Assembly: GCF_030384885.1 (NCBI RefSeq)
Contig: NZ_CP128613.1
DNA from: Escherichia coli
Lineage (GTDB): Bacteria; Pseudomonadota; Gammaproteobacteria; Enterobacterales; Enterobacteriaceae
Length of the DNA: 64,000 bases
Reading direction: 5' to 3' (one strand)
This document shows, piece by piece, positions 45,448-56,538 of the stretch. The notes under the pieces were generated by a model. The model had not been told where the DNA came from. It saw only the letters and a program-made list of their open reading frames with translations, and ran no database searches. Both the position numbers and the translations under genes were made by a program. Each line of letters begins with the position of its first letter. Position 1 is the first letter of the stretch.

Positions 45448-48400
45448 ACATATTCACGCTTTCCCTCGGTCTGGCCGTCATTCCGATGGTTGAGGCAGCA
45501 CCAACCGCTCAGCAACAGTTGCTGGAGCAAGTTCGGTTAGGCGAAGCGACCCATCGTGAAGACCTGGTGCAACAGTCGTTGTATCGGCTGGAACTTATTG
45601 ATCCGAATAACCCGGACGTCGTTGCCGCCCGTTTCCGTTCTCTGTTACGTCAGGGCGATATTGATGGCGCGCAAAAACAGCTCGATCGGCTGTCGCAGTT
45701 AGCGCCGAGTTCAAATGCGTATAAATCGTCGCGGACCACAATGTTACTTTCTACGCCGGATGGTCGTCAGGCACTGCAACAGGCAAGATTGCAGGCGACT
45801 ACCGGTCATGCAGAAGAAGCTGTGGCGAGTTACAACAAGCTGTTCAACGGTGCGCCGCCAGAAGGTGATATTGCCGTCGAGTACTGGAGTACGGTGGCGA
45901 AAATTCCGGCTCGCCGTGGCGAAGCGATTAATCAGCTAAAACGCATTAATGCGGATACGCCGGGCAATACGGGCCTGCAAAACAATCTGGCGCTATTGCT
46001 GTTTAGTAGCGATCGGCGTGATGAAGGTTTTGCTGTACTGGAGCAGATGGCGAAATCGAACGCCGGGCGCGAGGGAGCCTCTAAAATCTGGTACGGGCAG
46101 ATTAAAGACATGCCTGTCAGCGATGCCAGCGTGCAGGCGCTGAAAAAATATCTCTCTATCTTTAGCGATGGCGACAGCGTAGCTGCTGCGCAATCGCAAC
46201 TGGCAGAACAGCAAAAACAGCTGGCCGACCCTGCTTTCCGCGCTCGTGCGCAAGGTTTAGCGGCAGTGGACTCTGGCATGGCGGGTAAAGCCATTCCCGA
46301 ACTACAACAGGCAGTGCGGGCGAACCCGAAAGACAGTGAGGCACTGGGGGCGCTGGGCCAGGCGTATTCTCAGAAAGGCGATCGCGCCAATGCGGTGGCG
46401 AATCTGGAAAAAGCCCTCGCACTGGACCCGCACAGCAGCAACAACGACAAATGGAACAGTCTGCTGAAAGTAAACCGCTACTGGCTGGCGATCCAGCAGG
46501 GTGATGCCGCGCTGAAAGCCAATAATCCTGACCGGGCAGAACGCCTGTTCCAGCAGGCGCGTAACGTTGATAATACTGACAGCTATGCAGTGTTGGGGCT
46601 GGGCGATGTGGCGATGGCGCGAAAAGATTATTCCGCCGCCGAACGCTATTACCAGCAGACCTTGCGTATGGACAGCGGCAACACTAACGCCGTGCGCGGG
46701 CTGGCGAATATTTACCGCCAGCAGTCGCCAGAAAAAGCAGAAGCGTTTATCGCCTCGCTCTCTGCCAGCCAGCGGCGCAGCATTGATGATATCGAACGTA
46801 GCCTGCAAAACGATCGTCTGGCACAGCAGGCAGAGGCACTGGAAAACCAGGGCAAATGGGCGCAGGCAGCAGCACTTCAGCGGCAACGACTGGCACTGGA
46901 CCCCGGCAGTGTATGGATTACTTACCGACTTTCGCAGGATCTCTGGCAGGCCGGACAACGCAGCCAGGCTGATACATTAATGCGCAATCTGGCACAGCAG
47001 AAGCCGAACGACCCGGAGCAGGTTTACGCTTACGGGCTGTACCTCTCAGGTCACGACCAGGACAGAGCGGCACTGGCTCATATCAACAGCCTGCCGCGCG
47101 CGCAGTGGAACAGCAATATTCAGGAGCTGGTTAATCGGCTGCAAAGCGACCAGGTGCTGGAAACCGCTAATCGCCTGCGAGAAAACGGTAAAGAGGCAGA
47201 AGCAGAAGCGATGCTGCGCCAGCAACCGCCTTCCTCGCGTATTGATCTGACGCTGGCTGACTGGGCGCAACAACGACGTGATTACGCTGCTGCCCGTGCT
47301 GCATATCAGAATGTCCTGACGCGGGAGCCAACTAACGCTGATGCCATTCTTGGCCTGACGGAAGTGGATATCGCTGCCGGTGACAAAGCGGCGGCACGTA
47401 GCCAACTGGCGAAACTGCCTGCCACCGATAACGCCTCCCTGAACACACAGCGGCGCGTGGCGCTGGCGCAGGCGCAGCTTGGCGATACCGCAGCGGCGCA
47501 GCAGACATTTAACAAGCTGATCCCGCAGGCAAAATCTCAGCCACCGTCGATGGAAAGCGCGATGGTACTGCGCGACGGTGCGAAGTTTGAAGCGCAGGCG
47601 GGCGATCCAAAGCAGGCGCTGGAAACCTACAAAGACGCGATGGTCGCATCCGGTGTGACCACGACGCGTCCGCAGGATAACGACACCTTTACCCGGCTGA
47701 CCCGTAACGACGAGAAAGATGACTGGCTGAAACGCGGCGTGCGCAGCGATGCAGCGGACCTCTATCGCCAGCAGGATCTTAACGTCACCCTCGAGCACGA
47801 TTACTGGGGGTCGAGCGGCACCGGTGGTTACTCCGATCTGAAAGCGCACACCACCATGTTGCAGGTGGACGCACCGTATTCTGACGGGCGGATGTTCTTT
47901 CGCAGTGATTTCGTCAATATGAACGTCGGCAGTTTCTCCACTAATGCCGATGGCAAATGGGATGACAACTGGGGCACCTGTACATTACAGGACTGTAGCG
48001 GCAACCGCAGCCAGTCGGATTCCGGTGCCAGCGTGGCGGTCGGCTGGCGAAATGACGTCTGGAGCTGGGATATCGGCACCACGCCGATGGGCTTCAACGT
48101 GGTGGATGTGGTCGGCGGCATCAGTTACAGTGATGATATCGGGCCGCTGGGTTACACCGTTAACGCCCATCGTCGGCCCATTTCCAGTTCTTTGCTGGCC
48201 TTTGGCGGGCAAAAAGACTCCCCGAGCAATACCGGGAAAAAATGGGGTGGCGTGCGTGCTGATGGCGTAGGACTAAGCCTGAGCTACGATAAAGGTGAAG
48301 CAAACGGCGTCTGGGCATCGCTTAGCGGCGACCAGTTAACCGGTAAAAATGTTGAAGATAACTGGCGTGTGCGCTGGATGACGGGCTATTACTATAAGGT

Positions 48401-48902
48401 CATCAACCAGAACAATCGCCGCGTGACAATCGGCCTGAACAACATGATCTGGCATTACGACAAAGACCTGAGTGGGTACTCACTCGGTCAGGGCGGTTAC
48501 TACAGCCCGCAGGAATACCTGTCGTTTGCCATTCCGGTGATGTGGCGTGAGCGGACAGAAAACTGGTCGTGGGAGCTGGGGGCGTCTGGTTCGTGGTCGC
48601 ATTCGCGCACCAAAACCATGCCGCGGTATCCGCTGATGAATCTGATCCCGACTGACTGGCAGGAAGAAGCTGCGCGGCAATCCAACGATGGCGGCAGCAG
48701 TCAGGGCTTTGGCTATACGGCGCGGGCATTACTTGAGCGTCGCGTCACATCCAACTGGTTTGTCGGTACGGCAATTGATATCCAGCAGGCGAAAGATTAC
48801 GCGCCCAGCCATTTCCTGCTCTACGTACGTTATTCCGCCGCCGGATGGCAGGGTGACATGGATTTACCGCCGCAGCCGCTGATACCTTACGCCGACTGGT
48901 AA
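45429..48902 (+). CDS. bcsC: Cellulose synthase outer-membrane subunit BcsC (TPR repeats plus beta-barrel)
   Basis: 1157 aa; signal peptide; TPR-rich N-terminal region; start overlaps bcsZ 3' end. Confidence 0.95.
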   Translation: MRKFTLNIFTLSLGLAVIPMVEAAPTAQQQLLEQVRLGEATHREDLVQQSLYRLELIDPNNPDVVAARFRSLLRQGDIDGAQKQLDRLSQLAPSSNAYKSSRTTMLLSTPDGRQALQQARLQATTGHAEEAVASYNKLFNGAPPEGDIAVEYWSTVAKIPARRGEAINQLKRINADTPGNTGLQNNLALLLFSSDRRDEGFAVLEQMAKSNAGREGASKIWYGQIKDMPVSDASVQALKKYLSIFSDGDSVAAAQSQLAEQQKQLADPAFRARAQGLAAVDSGMAGKAIPELQQAVRANPKDSEALGALGQAYSQKGDRANAVANLEKALALDPHSSNNDKWNSLLKVNRYWLAIQQGDAALKANNPDRAERLFQQARNVDNTDSYAVLGLGDVAMARKDYSAAERYYQQTLRMDSGNTNAVRGLANIYRQQSPEKAEAFIASLSASQRRSIDDIERSLQNDRLAQQAEALENQGKWAQAAALQRQRLALDPGSVWITYRLSQDLWQAGQRSQADTLMRNLAQQKPNDPEQVYAYGLYLSGHDQDRAALAHINSLPRAQWNSNIQELVNRLQSDQVLETANRLRENGKEAEAEAMLRQQPPSSRIDLTLADWAQQRRDYAAARAAYQNVLTREPTNADAILGLTEVDIAAGDKAAARSQLAKLPATDNASLNTQRRVALAQAQLGDTAAAQQTFNKLIPQAKSQPPSMESAMVLRDGAKFEAQAGDPKQALETYKDAMVASGVTTTRPQDNDTFTRLTRNDEKDDWLKRGVRSDAADLYRQQDLNVTLEHDYWGSSGTGGYSDLKAHTTMLQVDAPYSDGRMFFRSDFVNMNVGSFSTNADGKWDDNWGTCTLQDCSGNRSQSDSGASVAVGWRNDVWSWDIGTTPMGFNVVDVVGGISYSDDIGPLGYTVNAHRRPISSSLLAFGGQKDSPSNTGKKWGGVRADGVGLSLSYDKGEANGVWASLSGDQLTGKNVEDNWRVRWMTGYYYKVINQNNRRVTIGLNNMIWHYDKDLSGYSLGQGGYYSPQEYLSFAIPVMWRERTENWSWELGASGSWSHSRTKTMPRYPLMNLIPTDWQEEAARQSNDGGSSQGFGYTARALLERRVTSNWFVGTAIDIQQAKDYAPSHFLLYVRYSAAGWQGDMDLPPQPLIPYADW

Positions 48903-48983
48903 GTTTTCAGATAGCGCCTCTCTTAATGCCGCTGCGATCGGGTATACTCGGGCGGCAATCTGGGATTTCCGGGGGGAGACAAT

Positions 48984-50972
48984 TTGCGCGTAAGTCGCTC
49001 GTTAACAATCAAGCAGATGGCAATGGTGGCAGCCGTTGTCCTGGTGTTCGTTTTTATTTTTTGCACCGTTTTGCTGTTCCATCTGGTCCAGCAGAATCGC
49101 TATAACACGGCTACGCAACTGGAAAGCATTGCTCGCTCTGTCCGCGAACCCTTATCTTCTGCCATTTTGAAAGGCGATATTCCCGAAGCGGAAGCTATTC
49201 TTGCCAGCATTAAACCGGCAGGCGTGGTCAGCCGTGCCGATGTGGTGCTGCCTAACCAGTTCCAGGCGCTGCGTAAAAGTTTTATTCCAGAGCGTCCGGT
49301 GCCGGTAATGGTTACTCGCATGTTTGAGCTACCGGTGCAAATCTCGCTGGGCGTTTACTCGCTGGAACGTCCGGCAAACCCGCAGCCAATTGCCTATCTG
49401 GTGCTACAGGCGGATTCCTTCCGCATGTATAAGTTCGTGATGAGCACCCTCTCAACGTTAGTGACCATTTACTTACTTTTGTCGTTAATATTGACGGTGG
49501 CGATTAGCTGGTGCATTAACCGCCTGATTTTGCATCCGTTACGCAATATTGCTCGTGAACTTAACGCCATCCCAGCCCAGGAGCTTGTTGGTCACCAACT
49601 GGCATTACCACGTCTGCATCAGGACGATGAAATCGGTATGCTGGTGCGCAGTTACAACCTCAACCAGCAATTGCTGCAGCGCCATTATGAAGAACAGAAC
49701 GAAAATGCGATGCGCTTCCCGGTGTCGGATTTGCCGAACAAAGCCTTGCTGATGGAGATGCTGGAGCAGGTTGTCGCGCGTAAACAAACCACCGCGCTGA
49801 TGATTATCACCTGTGAAACCCTGCGTGATACTGCGGGCGTGCTGAAAGAGGCGCAACGAGAAATTCTGCTGCTGACGCTGGTGGAAAAACTCAAATCGGT
49901 ACTGTCGCCACGTATGATCCTCGCGCAAATTAGTGGTTATGACTTTGCTGTCATTGCCAACGGTGTACAGGAACCGTGGCATGCTATTACTTTAGGTCAG
50001 CAAGTGCTCACTATCATGAGCGAGCGCCTGCCGATTGAACGTATTCAACTTCGTCCGCACTGTAGCATTGGCGTGGCGATGTTCTACGGCGATCTCACCG
50101 CCGAACAGCTTTACAGTCGCGCTATTTCTGCGGCATTTACCGCTCGCCATAAAGGTAAGAATCAGATTCAGTTCTTTGATCCGCAGCAGATGGAAGCCGC
50201 CCAACAGCGGTTGACGGAAGAGAGCGATATCCTTAATGCACTGGAAAATCATCAGTTTGCGATTTGGTTACAGCCACAGGTCGAGATGACCAGCGGTAAA
50301 CTGGTCAGTGCGGAAGTGTTACTGCGTATCCAGCAACCGGATGGCAGTTGGGATCTGCCGGATGGCTTAATCGATCGCATTGAGTGCTGTGGGCTGATGG
50401 TTACCGTCGGTCACTGGGTGCTGGAAGAGTCCTGTCGACTGCTGGCTGCCTGGCAAGAGCGCGGCATTATGTTGCCCTTGTCGGTAAACCTCTCAGCGCT
50501 GCAACTGATGCACCCGAATATGGTAGCGGATATGCTGGAACTGTTAACCCGCTATCGCATTCAGCCGGGAACACTGATTCTGGAAGTGACAGAAAGCCGA
50601 CGTATTGACGACCCTCATGCAGCGGTGGCAATCCTCCGCCCGTTGCGTAATGCCGGCGTTCGGGTGGCGCTGGATGATTTCGGCATGGGCTACGCAGGGC
50701 TGCGTCAGCTGCAGCATATGAAATCGTTGCCAATCGACGTGTTAAAAATCGACAAAATGTTTGTTGAAGGCTTGCCGGAAGATAGCAGCATGATTGCTGC
50801 AATTATCATGTTGGCGCAAAGCCTGAACTTACAAATGATTGCCGAAGGCGTGGAGACTGAAGCACAACGCGACTGGCTGGCAAAAGCGGGCGTTGGTATT
50901 GCCCAGGGCTTCCTTTTTGCTCGCCCACTCCCTATTGAAATCTTCGAAGAGAGTTACCTGGAAGAAAAGTAG
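48984..50972 (+). CDS. pdeK: c-di-GMP phosphodiesterase PdeK (HAMP-GGDEF-EAL membrane protein)
   Basis: 662 aa from TTG with strong GGGGGGAG RBS; alternative ATG 31-37 nt downstream lacks RBS; EAL domain in C-terminal half. Confidence 0.88.
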   Translation: MRVSRSLTIKQMAMVAAVVLVFVFIFCTVLLFHLVQQNRYNTATQLESIARSVREPLSSAILKGDIPEAEAILASIKPAGVVSRADVVLPNQFQALRKSFIPERPVPVMVTRMFELPVQISLGVYSLERPANPQPIAYLVLQADSFRMYKFVMSTLSTLVTIYLLLSLILTVAISWCINRLILHPLRNIARELNAIPAQELVGHQLALPRLHQDDEIGMLVRSYNLNQQLLQRHYEEQNENAMRFPVSDLPNKALLMEMLEQVVARKQTTALMIITCETLRDTAGVLKEAQREILLLTLVEKLKSVLSPRMILAQISGYDFAVIANGVQEPWHAITLGQQVLTIMSERLPIERIQLRPHCSIGVAMFYGDLTAEQLYSRAISAAFTARHKGKNQIQFFDPQQMEAAQQRLTEESDILNALENHQFAIWLQPQVEMTSGKLVSAEVLLRIQQPDGSWDLPDGLIDRIECCGLMVTVGHWVLEESCRLLAAWQERGIMLPLSVNLSALQLMHPNMVADMLELLTRYRIQPGTLILEVTESRRIDDPHAAVAILRPLRNAGVRVALDDFGMGYAGLRQLQHMKSLPIDVLKIDKMFVEGLPEDSSMIAAIIMLAQSLNLQMIAEGVETEAQRDWLAKAGVGIAQGFLFARPLPIEIFEESYLEEK

Positions 50973-51118
50973 CTACCCCAAACTGATTACAAAACTTTAA
51001 AAAGTGCTGGTTTGTGCGAGCCAGCTCAAACTTTTTAACCTTTTTGTTTCAATTATGATCCAGGTACATTTCTGTGATGTTGTCTGGGTGTTATTTTAAG
51101 GCCGCAGGTACCCCATAA

Positions 51119-52441
<1,323 letters not shown>

Positions 52442-52455
52442 TCTCACCACTTATG

Positions 52456-52487
52456 CCCGCACTCCCTTCCCCGAGTGCGGGTGTTTG
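52456..52487 (+). terminator. Candidate rho-independent terminator after dctA
   Basis: Hairpin cccgcactc-ccttcccc-gagtgcggg followed by tgtttg. Confidence 0.5.
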
Positions 52488-52660
52488 CGCATAATTGACC
52501 CCTGTGCCTGAACTTACCACCTGGGTGAGTTCAGGTTTATTTCACTTCTTCCGTGACATTTTCATGTTCTTGCGGTCTAACACGAAGTGTTTTTAATGTC
52601 ATTTAGACTGACCGACAACGGGCAGTTTTTTATTACCAGGATAGTTGATCAGGGGTTCAC

Positions 52661-54157
52661 ATGCAGGGCACAAAAATTCGACTTTTAGCGGGCGGTTTGC
52701 TGATGATGGCCACTGCTGGCTATGTGCAGGCAGATGCGCTCCAGCCTGATCCAGCATGGCAACAGGGGACGCTTTCCAACGGTTTACAGTGGCAAGTGCT
52801 GACCACGCCCCAGCGTCCCAGCGATCGCGTTGAAATTCGCCTGCTGGTTAATACCGGTTCGCTCGCCGAAAGTACACAACAGAGCGGTTACAGTCACGCC
52901 ATCCCTCGTATTGCGTTAACGCAAAGCGGTGGCCTTGAAGCAGCACAGGCGCGTTCATTGTGGCAGCAGGGGATCGACCCTAAACGCCCGATGCCGCCGG
53001 TAATTGTCTCTTATGACACCACGCTGTTTAATCTGAGTTTGCCCAATAACCGTAACGACTTGCTGAAAGAAGCGCTCTCTTATCTGGCAAATGCCACTGG
53101 CAAACTGACTATCACGCCAGAAACCATCAACCACGCGCTGCAAAGTCAGGACATGGTGGCAACCTGGCCTGCCGATACTAAAGAGGGCTGGTGGCGCTAT
53201 CGTCTGAAAGGATCAACCTTGTTAGGTCACGATCCTGCCGATCCGCTGAAACAACCCGTTGAAGCGGAAAAGATTAAAGATTTCTATCAGAAATGGTACA
53301 CCCCGGATGCAATGACGCTGCTGGTGGTGGGAAACGTGGATGCGCGCTCGGTTGTCGACCAAATCAACAAAACGTTTGGCGAACTGAAAGGCAAACGTGA
53401 AACACCGGCTCCGGTGCCGACGCTTTCTCCGCTGCGTCCTGAAGCGGTGAGTATTATGACCGATGCGGTACGTCAGGACCGGTTATCTATCATGTGGGAT
53501 ACGCCGTGGCAGCCTATTCGTGAATCAGCCGCACTGCTGCGCTACTGGCGTGCGGACCTGGCCCGTGAGGCGCTGTTCTGGCACGTTCAGCAAGCGTTAA
53601 GCACCAGTAACAGCAAAGACATCGGTCTTGGATTTGACTGCCGTGTGCTGTATCTGCGTGCGCAGTGTGCCATCAACATCGAATCACCAAACGACAAGCT
53701 GAACAGCAACCTTAATTTGGTAGCGCGTGAGCTGGCAAAGGTTCGCGATAAAGGTCTGCCGGAAGAAGAGTTCAATGCGTTAGTGGCGCAAAAGAAACTG
53801 GAGCTGCAGAAACTGTTTGCCGCCTATGCGCGAGCTGATACCGATATTTTGATGGGTCAGCGGATGCGTTCGTTGCAAAATCAGGTCGTTGATATCGCGC
53901 CGGAGCAATATCAGAAACTGCGCCAGGACTTCCTTAACAGCCTGACGGTGGAGATGTTAAATCAGGATCTGCGTCAGCAGTTGTCGAACGATATGGCGTT
54001 AATTCTTCTGCAGCCGAAAGGCGAGCCAGAATTTAACATGAAAGCGTTGCAGGCGGCCTGGGATCAAATCATGGCCCCATCTACTACTGCTGCCACAACC
54101 TCAGTTGCCACGGATGACGTACATCCTGAAGTGACGGATATTCCACCCGCACAGTAA
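52661..54157 (+). CDS. yhjJ: Periplasmic zinc-peptidase-like protein YhjJ (M16 family-like)
   Basis: 498 aa with signal peptide; synteny after dctA. Confidence 0.9.
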   Translation: MQGTKIRLLAGGLLMMATAGYVQADALQPDPAWQQGTLSNGLQWQVLTTPQRPSDRVEIRLLVNTGSLAESTQQSGYSHAIPRIALTQSGGLEAAQARSLWQQGIDPKRPMPPVIVSYDTTLFNLSLPNNRNDLLKEALSYLANATGKLTITPETINHALQSQDMVATWPADTKEGWWRYRLKGSTLLGHDPADPLKQPVEAEKIKDFYQKWYTPDAMTLLVVGNVDARSVVDQINKTFGELKGKRETPAPVPTLSPLRPEAVSIMTDAVRQDRLSIMWDTPWQPIRESAALLRYWRADLAREALFWHVQQALSTSNSKDIGLGFDCRVLYLRAQCAINIESPNDKLNSNLNLVARELAKVRDKGLPEEEFNALVAQKKLELQKLFAAYARADTDILMGQRMRSLQNQVVDIAPEQYQKLRQDFLNSLTVEMLNQDLRQQLSNDMALILLQPKGEPEFNMKALQAAWDQIMAPSTTAATTSVATDDVHPEVTDIPPAQ

Positions 54158-54360
54158 TAAATCACCCGGCAGCGTTTCTTCTGCGCTGCCGGGATTAACG
54201 GTAATAAATTAGTTACCGTGATATAACCGCAGATATTTTTCCTGGCACGGCGGTAGCGCGCAGATAACCATTCATTATTAAAATAAACTTACCGTAGAGT
54301 GGGTTTAATTATTTATTAGCTGAATAAATTATACCGGTGCCTCCTGGAAGGAGTGAGTTT

Positions 54361-54786
54361 ATGCTTGTGTTAAAATCACAATCGATTGGATTCAGGATTT
54401 CCACAGCTTATTTATCTTTAACATATACAGAGTCTGATGGCGTCAAGATTAAAGTAGATGCTCTGGAGTTAATATCAACAGAGAGAGATTATGTTCAAAT
54501 TGAACTGGTCTTCACTACTGTTGCTGAAGTTAAGTGTGCTACCGTCAATTTTTATGAAGCCAACTATAACAATATTGTTATTAAGAAGGTTGATGGTGAA
54601 AATCTGGACTCCGGTATATATCAAGTAATGAATTCTGTACCGCTTGAAGAAAAAGAGAAATTATATGATCCTAAAAAACGGTTGAAGTTAAAACATTATA
54701 TTATAGCAGGTTATGATAGTTATGTTGAGATTTTAGCTACTGGTTTTAGCTGTATACGATGCCAGGCAATAGATGGTGTTAAATAA
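54361..54786 (+). CDS. Hypothetical protein (141 aa), first gene of AT-rich accessory cassette; no signal peptide or TM segment
   Basis: ATG with AGGAG RBS 7 nt upstream; about 33 percent GC; stop overlaps next start (TAATG). Confidence 0.6.
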   Translation: MLVLKSQSIGFRISTAYLSLTYTESDGVKIKVDALELISTERDYVQIELVFTTVAEVKCATVNFYEANYNNIVIKKVDGENLDSGIYQVMNSVPLEEKEKLYDPKKRLKLKHYIIAGYDSYVEILATGFSCIRCQAIDGVK

Positions 54787-55040
54787 TGGCCTATCATATA
54801 GAAATATTGAAAATTGAAGAAACTGATAAAGTAGTAAAATATGAATTTGGACCTACATCTTCTGACTATTGTAGATCTGATTACGGCGAATTCGTGATAG
54901 ATAAAAGAACGGGTGAGATGACATTAGTCAGAATGGTTAAAAACGATTCAGCTAATAAATTTTATTTGCGAGCGAGTTTTAAGATTCTGACCTGTTGGCG
55001 AAAGGGCTATTTGCCAAAAAATGAGGAATGGGCTTCTTAA
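54786..55040 (+). CDS. Hypothetical small protein (84 aa), translationally coupled to upstream ORF
   Basis: ATG overlaps upstream stop by 1 nt; AT-rich; no recognisable motif. Confidence 0.55.
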   Translation: MAYHIEILKIEETDKVVKYEFGPTSSDYCRSDYGEFVIDKRTGEMTLVRMVKNDSANKFYLRASFKILTCWRKGYLPKNEEWAS

Positions 55041-55139
55041 TAAGTAACTTTGCAGAATAAGTGAATTTTCCCATTTTTTTGGGGGCAGTCGTTGATTCTT
55101 ACACAGTTTATGTTATGGGTGCCAAATTTAGGATAGGCT

Positions 55140-55619
55140 ATGGATTTTCACTTGGATATTTTGCTCCCTACACAATTCGCTCCAGAGGAACTAGATCTAC
55201 AAGAGGTTATGATTCACTGGGGTGGGGAAACCTTTCATCGCGACCCTCCGGTATACGCCTGGTGTAATCATCATCTTTTGCAGAGATGCAATCTACCGAT
55301 TACTTATGGCCCACCTTTAGATGAGCACATAGACTTTAATGAATATCATGTTTACAACTTCAATGGTTCTTTAGTCGATGACCTGGAAATGGCTGTGAAT
55401 AAAGGAAAGGATATTTCAACCAATCCTATAATTAAATTTATTAACAACCTGGTTAGCAAAAATTACGGGGGGTGGGTAATCTTGTCATTAGATGATGAAA
55501 AAATAGAAGTGATTAAAAATATAAGCTTCCAGTATTCTTTTCTATCATTATTAGTTGATGGACTAAAATGGGAAAGACCGCATGGGGTGGCAATATTATA
55601 TAATTCACACTTAATTTAA
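55140..55619 (+). CDS. Hypothetical protein (159 aa), cytoplasmic-type
   Basis: ATG with AGGATAGG RBS; AT-rich; no TM. Confidence 0.6.
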   Translation: MDFHLDILLPTQFAPEELDLQEVMIHWGGETFHRDPPVYAWCNHHLLQRCNLPITYGPPLDEHIDFNEYHVYNFNGSLVDDLEMAVNKGKDISTNPIIKFINNLVSKNYGGWVILSLDDEKIEVIKNISFQYSFLSLLVDGLKWERPHGVAILYNSHLI

Positions 55620-55640
55620 TTAATTAATGAATGGAAACAT

Positions 55641-55943
55641 ATGTATCGTGTAAAGGTTGTTTGGCTTACAGAAAATGAAGGTGGCAGAAGGAGCGCACCT
55701 CCTATCGGTAGATATTATCCCGTCTCCAGGTTTCCAGAGGAGAAAACTGACTGGCAAAATAATGCATGGAGTGTTGTTTTTGAATTGGAAAAACCTAATG
55801 TAACCGATGGACGTATCGTTTCAATGGGGTGCGTTCAGTTCCTTTTCGATACCGCCCCTGAACAATGGATGACTAAGTACGAGGCATTTGAGATCTACGA
55901 AGGACCAAGAAAAGTCGCAGATGTATTATTGATAGGGAATTAA
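55641..55943 (+). CDS. Hypothetical small protein (100 aa) with apparent similarity to the C-terminal beta-barrel (domain 3) of EF-Tu-type translational GTPases
   Basis: By-eye alignment to E. coli EF-Tu domain 3: VKVVWLTENEGGRR vs EVYILSKDEGGRH, RYYPV vs GYRPQ, C-terminal AFEIYEGPRKVADVLL vs RFAIREGGRTVGAGVV. Confidence 0.55.
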   Translation: MYRVKVVWLTENEGGRRSAPPIGRYYPVSRFPEEKTDWQNNAWSVVFELEKPNVTDGRIVSMGCVQFLFDTAPEQWMTKYEAFEIYEGPRKVADVLLIGN

Positions 55944-56004
55944 TTTTATTTATGTCAGGCTATTTAATTATATTTGCGACCTCAACGCATTTTCAGGAGT
56001 ATAA

Positions 56005-56538
56005 ATGCGTAACAAAAAACGCATACTATTCTTGCTAACAGTCATTTTTTGCTTAACAGGTCTTTATTCCTGCAACAAAAATTTTCTCTTACTCTGGGAT
56101 GCCAATAATATGTATGTCAGCACAAGAAATAATATCGATAAAGACAAGGTAAAAATAGAATTCGGTATCAGCGTCAACACGATCAACCGAGAAACGGATG
56201 CCGAATTATTTGCTGACAGAGATAAGTATGCAGTGCTCTTCGATGGTAGCCTGAAAAATAAGATGATAAGCGAATACGGAGAAAATGATTTTTTAATTAC
56301 CTACGATAACCGCTGCTATTTATCATTTCGTCAATTTAAAACAAATCGTCGTCATCAACATGACTATTATTTTGACTTCTTTAACAAGGATGGGAATGTC
56401 TTCGTCACGGTCGAAATTAAAGGTGAGAACCCGCTTAAATTTACGCGTAGTTTTAATGATATGCGTCAGCAGTTTTCACCATTCCGTAAGGGTAGCCCTT
56501 CTCACTCCTGCAAGGTTATTTCTTCAGATCCTTCTTAA
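56005..56538 (+). CDS. Hypothetical lipoprotein (177 aa)
   Basis: AGGAG RBS; N-terminus MRNKKRILFLLTVIFCLTGLYSC resembles lipoprotein signal peptide; 3' end overlaps convergent gene by 23 nt. Confidence 0.6.
   Translation: MRNKKRILFLLTVIFCLTGLYSCNKNFLLLWDANNMYVSTRNNIDKDKVKIEFGISVNTINRETDAELFADRDKYAVLFDGSLKNKMISEYGENDFLITYDNRCYLSFRQFKTNRRHQHDYYFDFFNKDGNVFVTVEIKGENPLKFTRSFNDMRQQFSPFRKGSPSHSCKVISSDPS

Noticed and set aside
54165-54193. Hairpin immediately after yhjJ (cccggcagcg...cgctgccggg) as an intrinsic terminator
   Set aside because: It is a strong inverted repeat but is not followed by a T-run. It may be a REP-like or protein-binding element, so it is not annotated as a terminator.
55061-55267. 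68-aa ORF spanning the gap between cassette ORF B and ORF C
   Set aside because: It overlaps the start of the better-supported 159-aa ORF in another frame, has no RBS and has low-complexity Gly/Arg/Ser composition.
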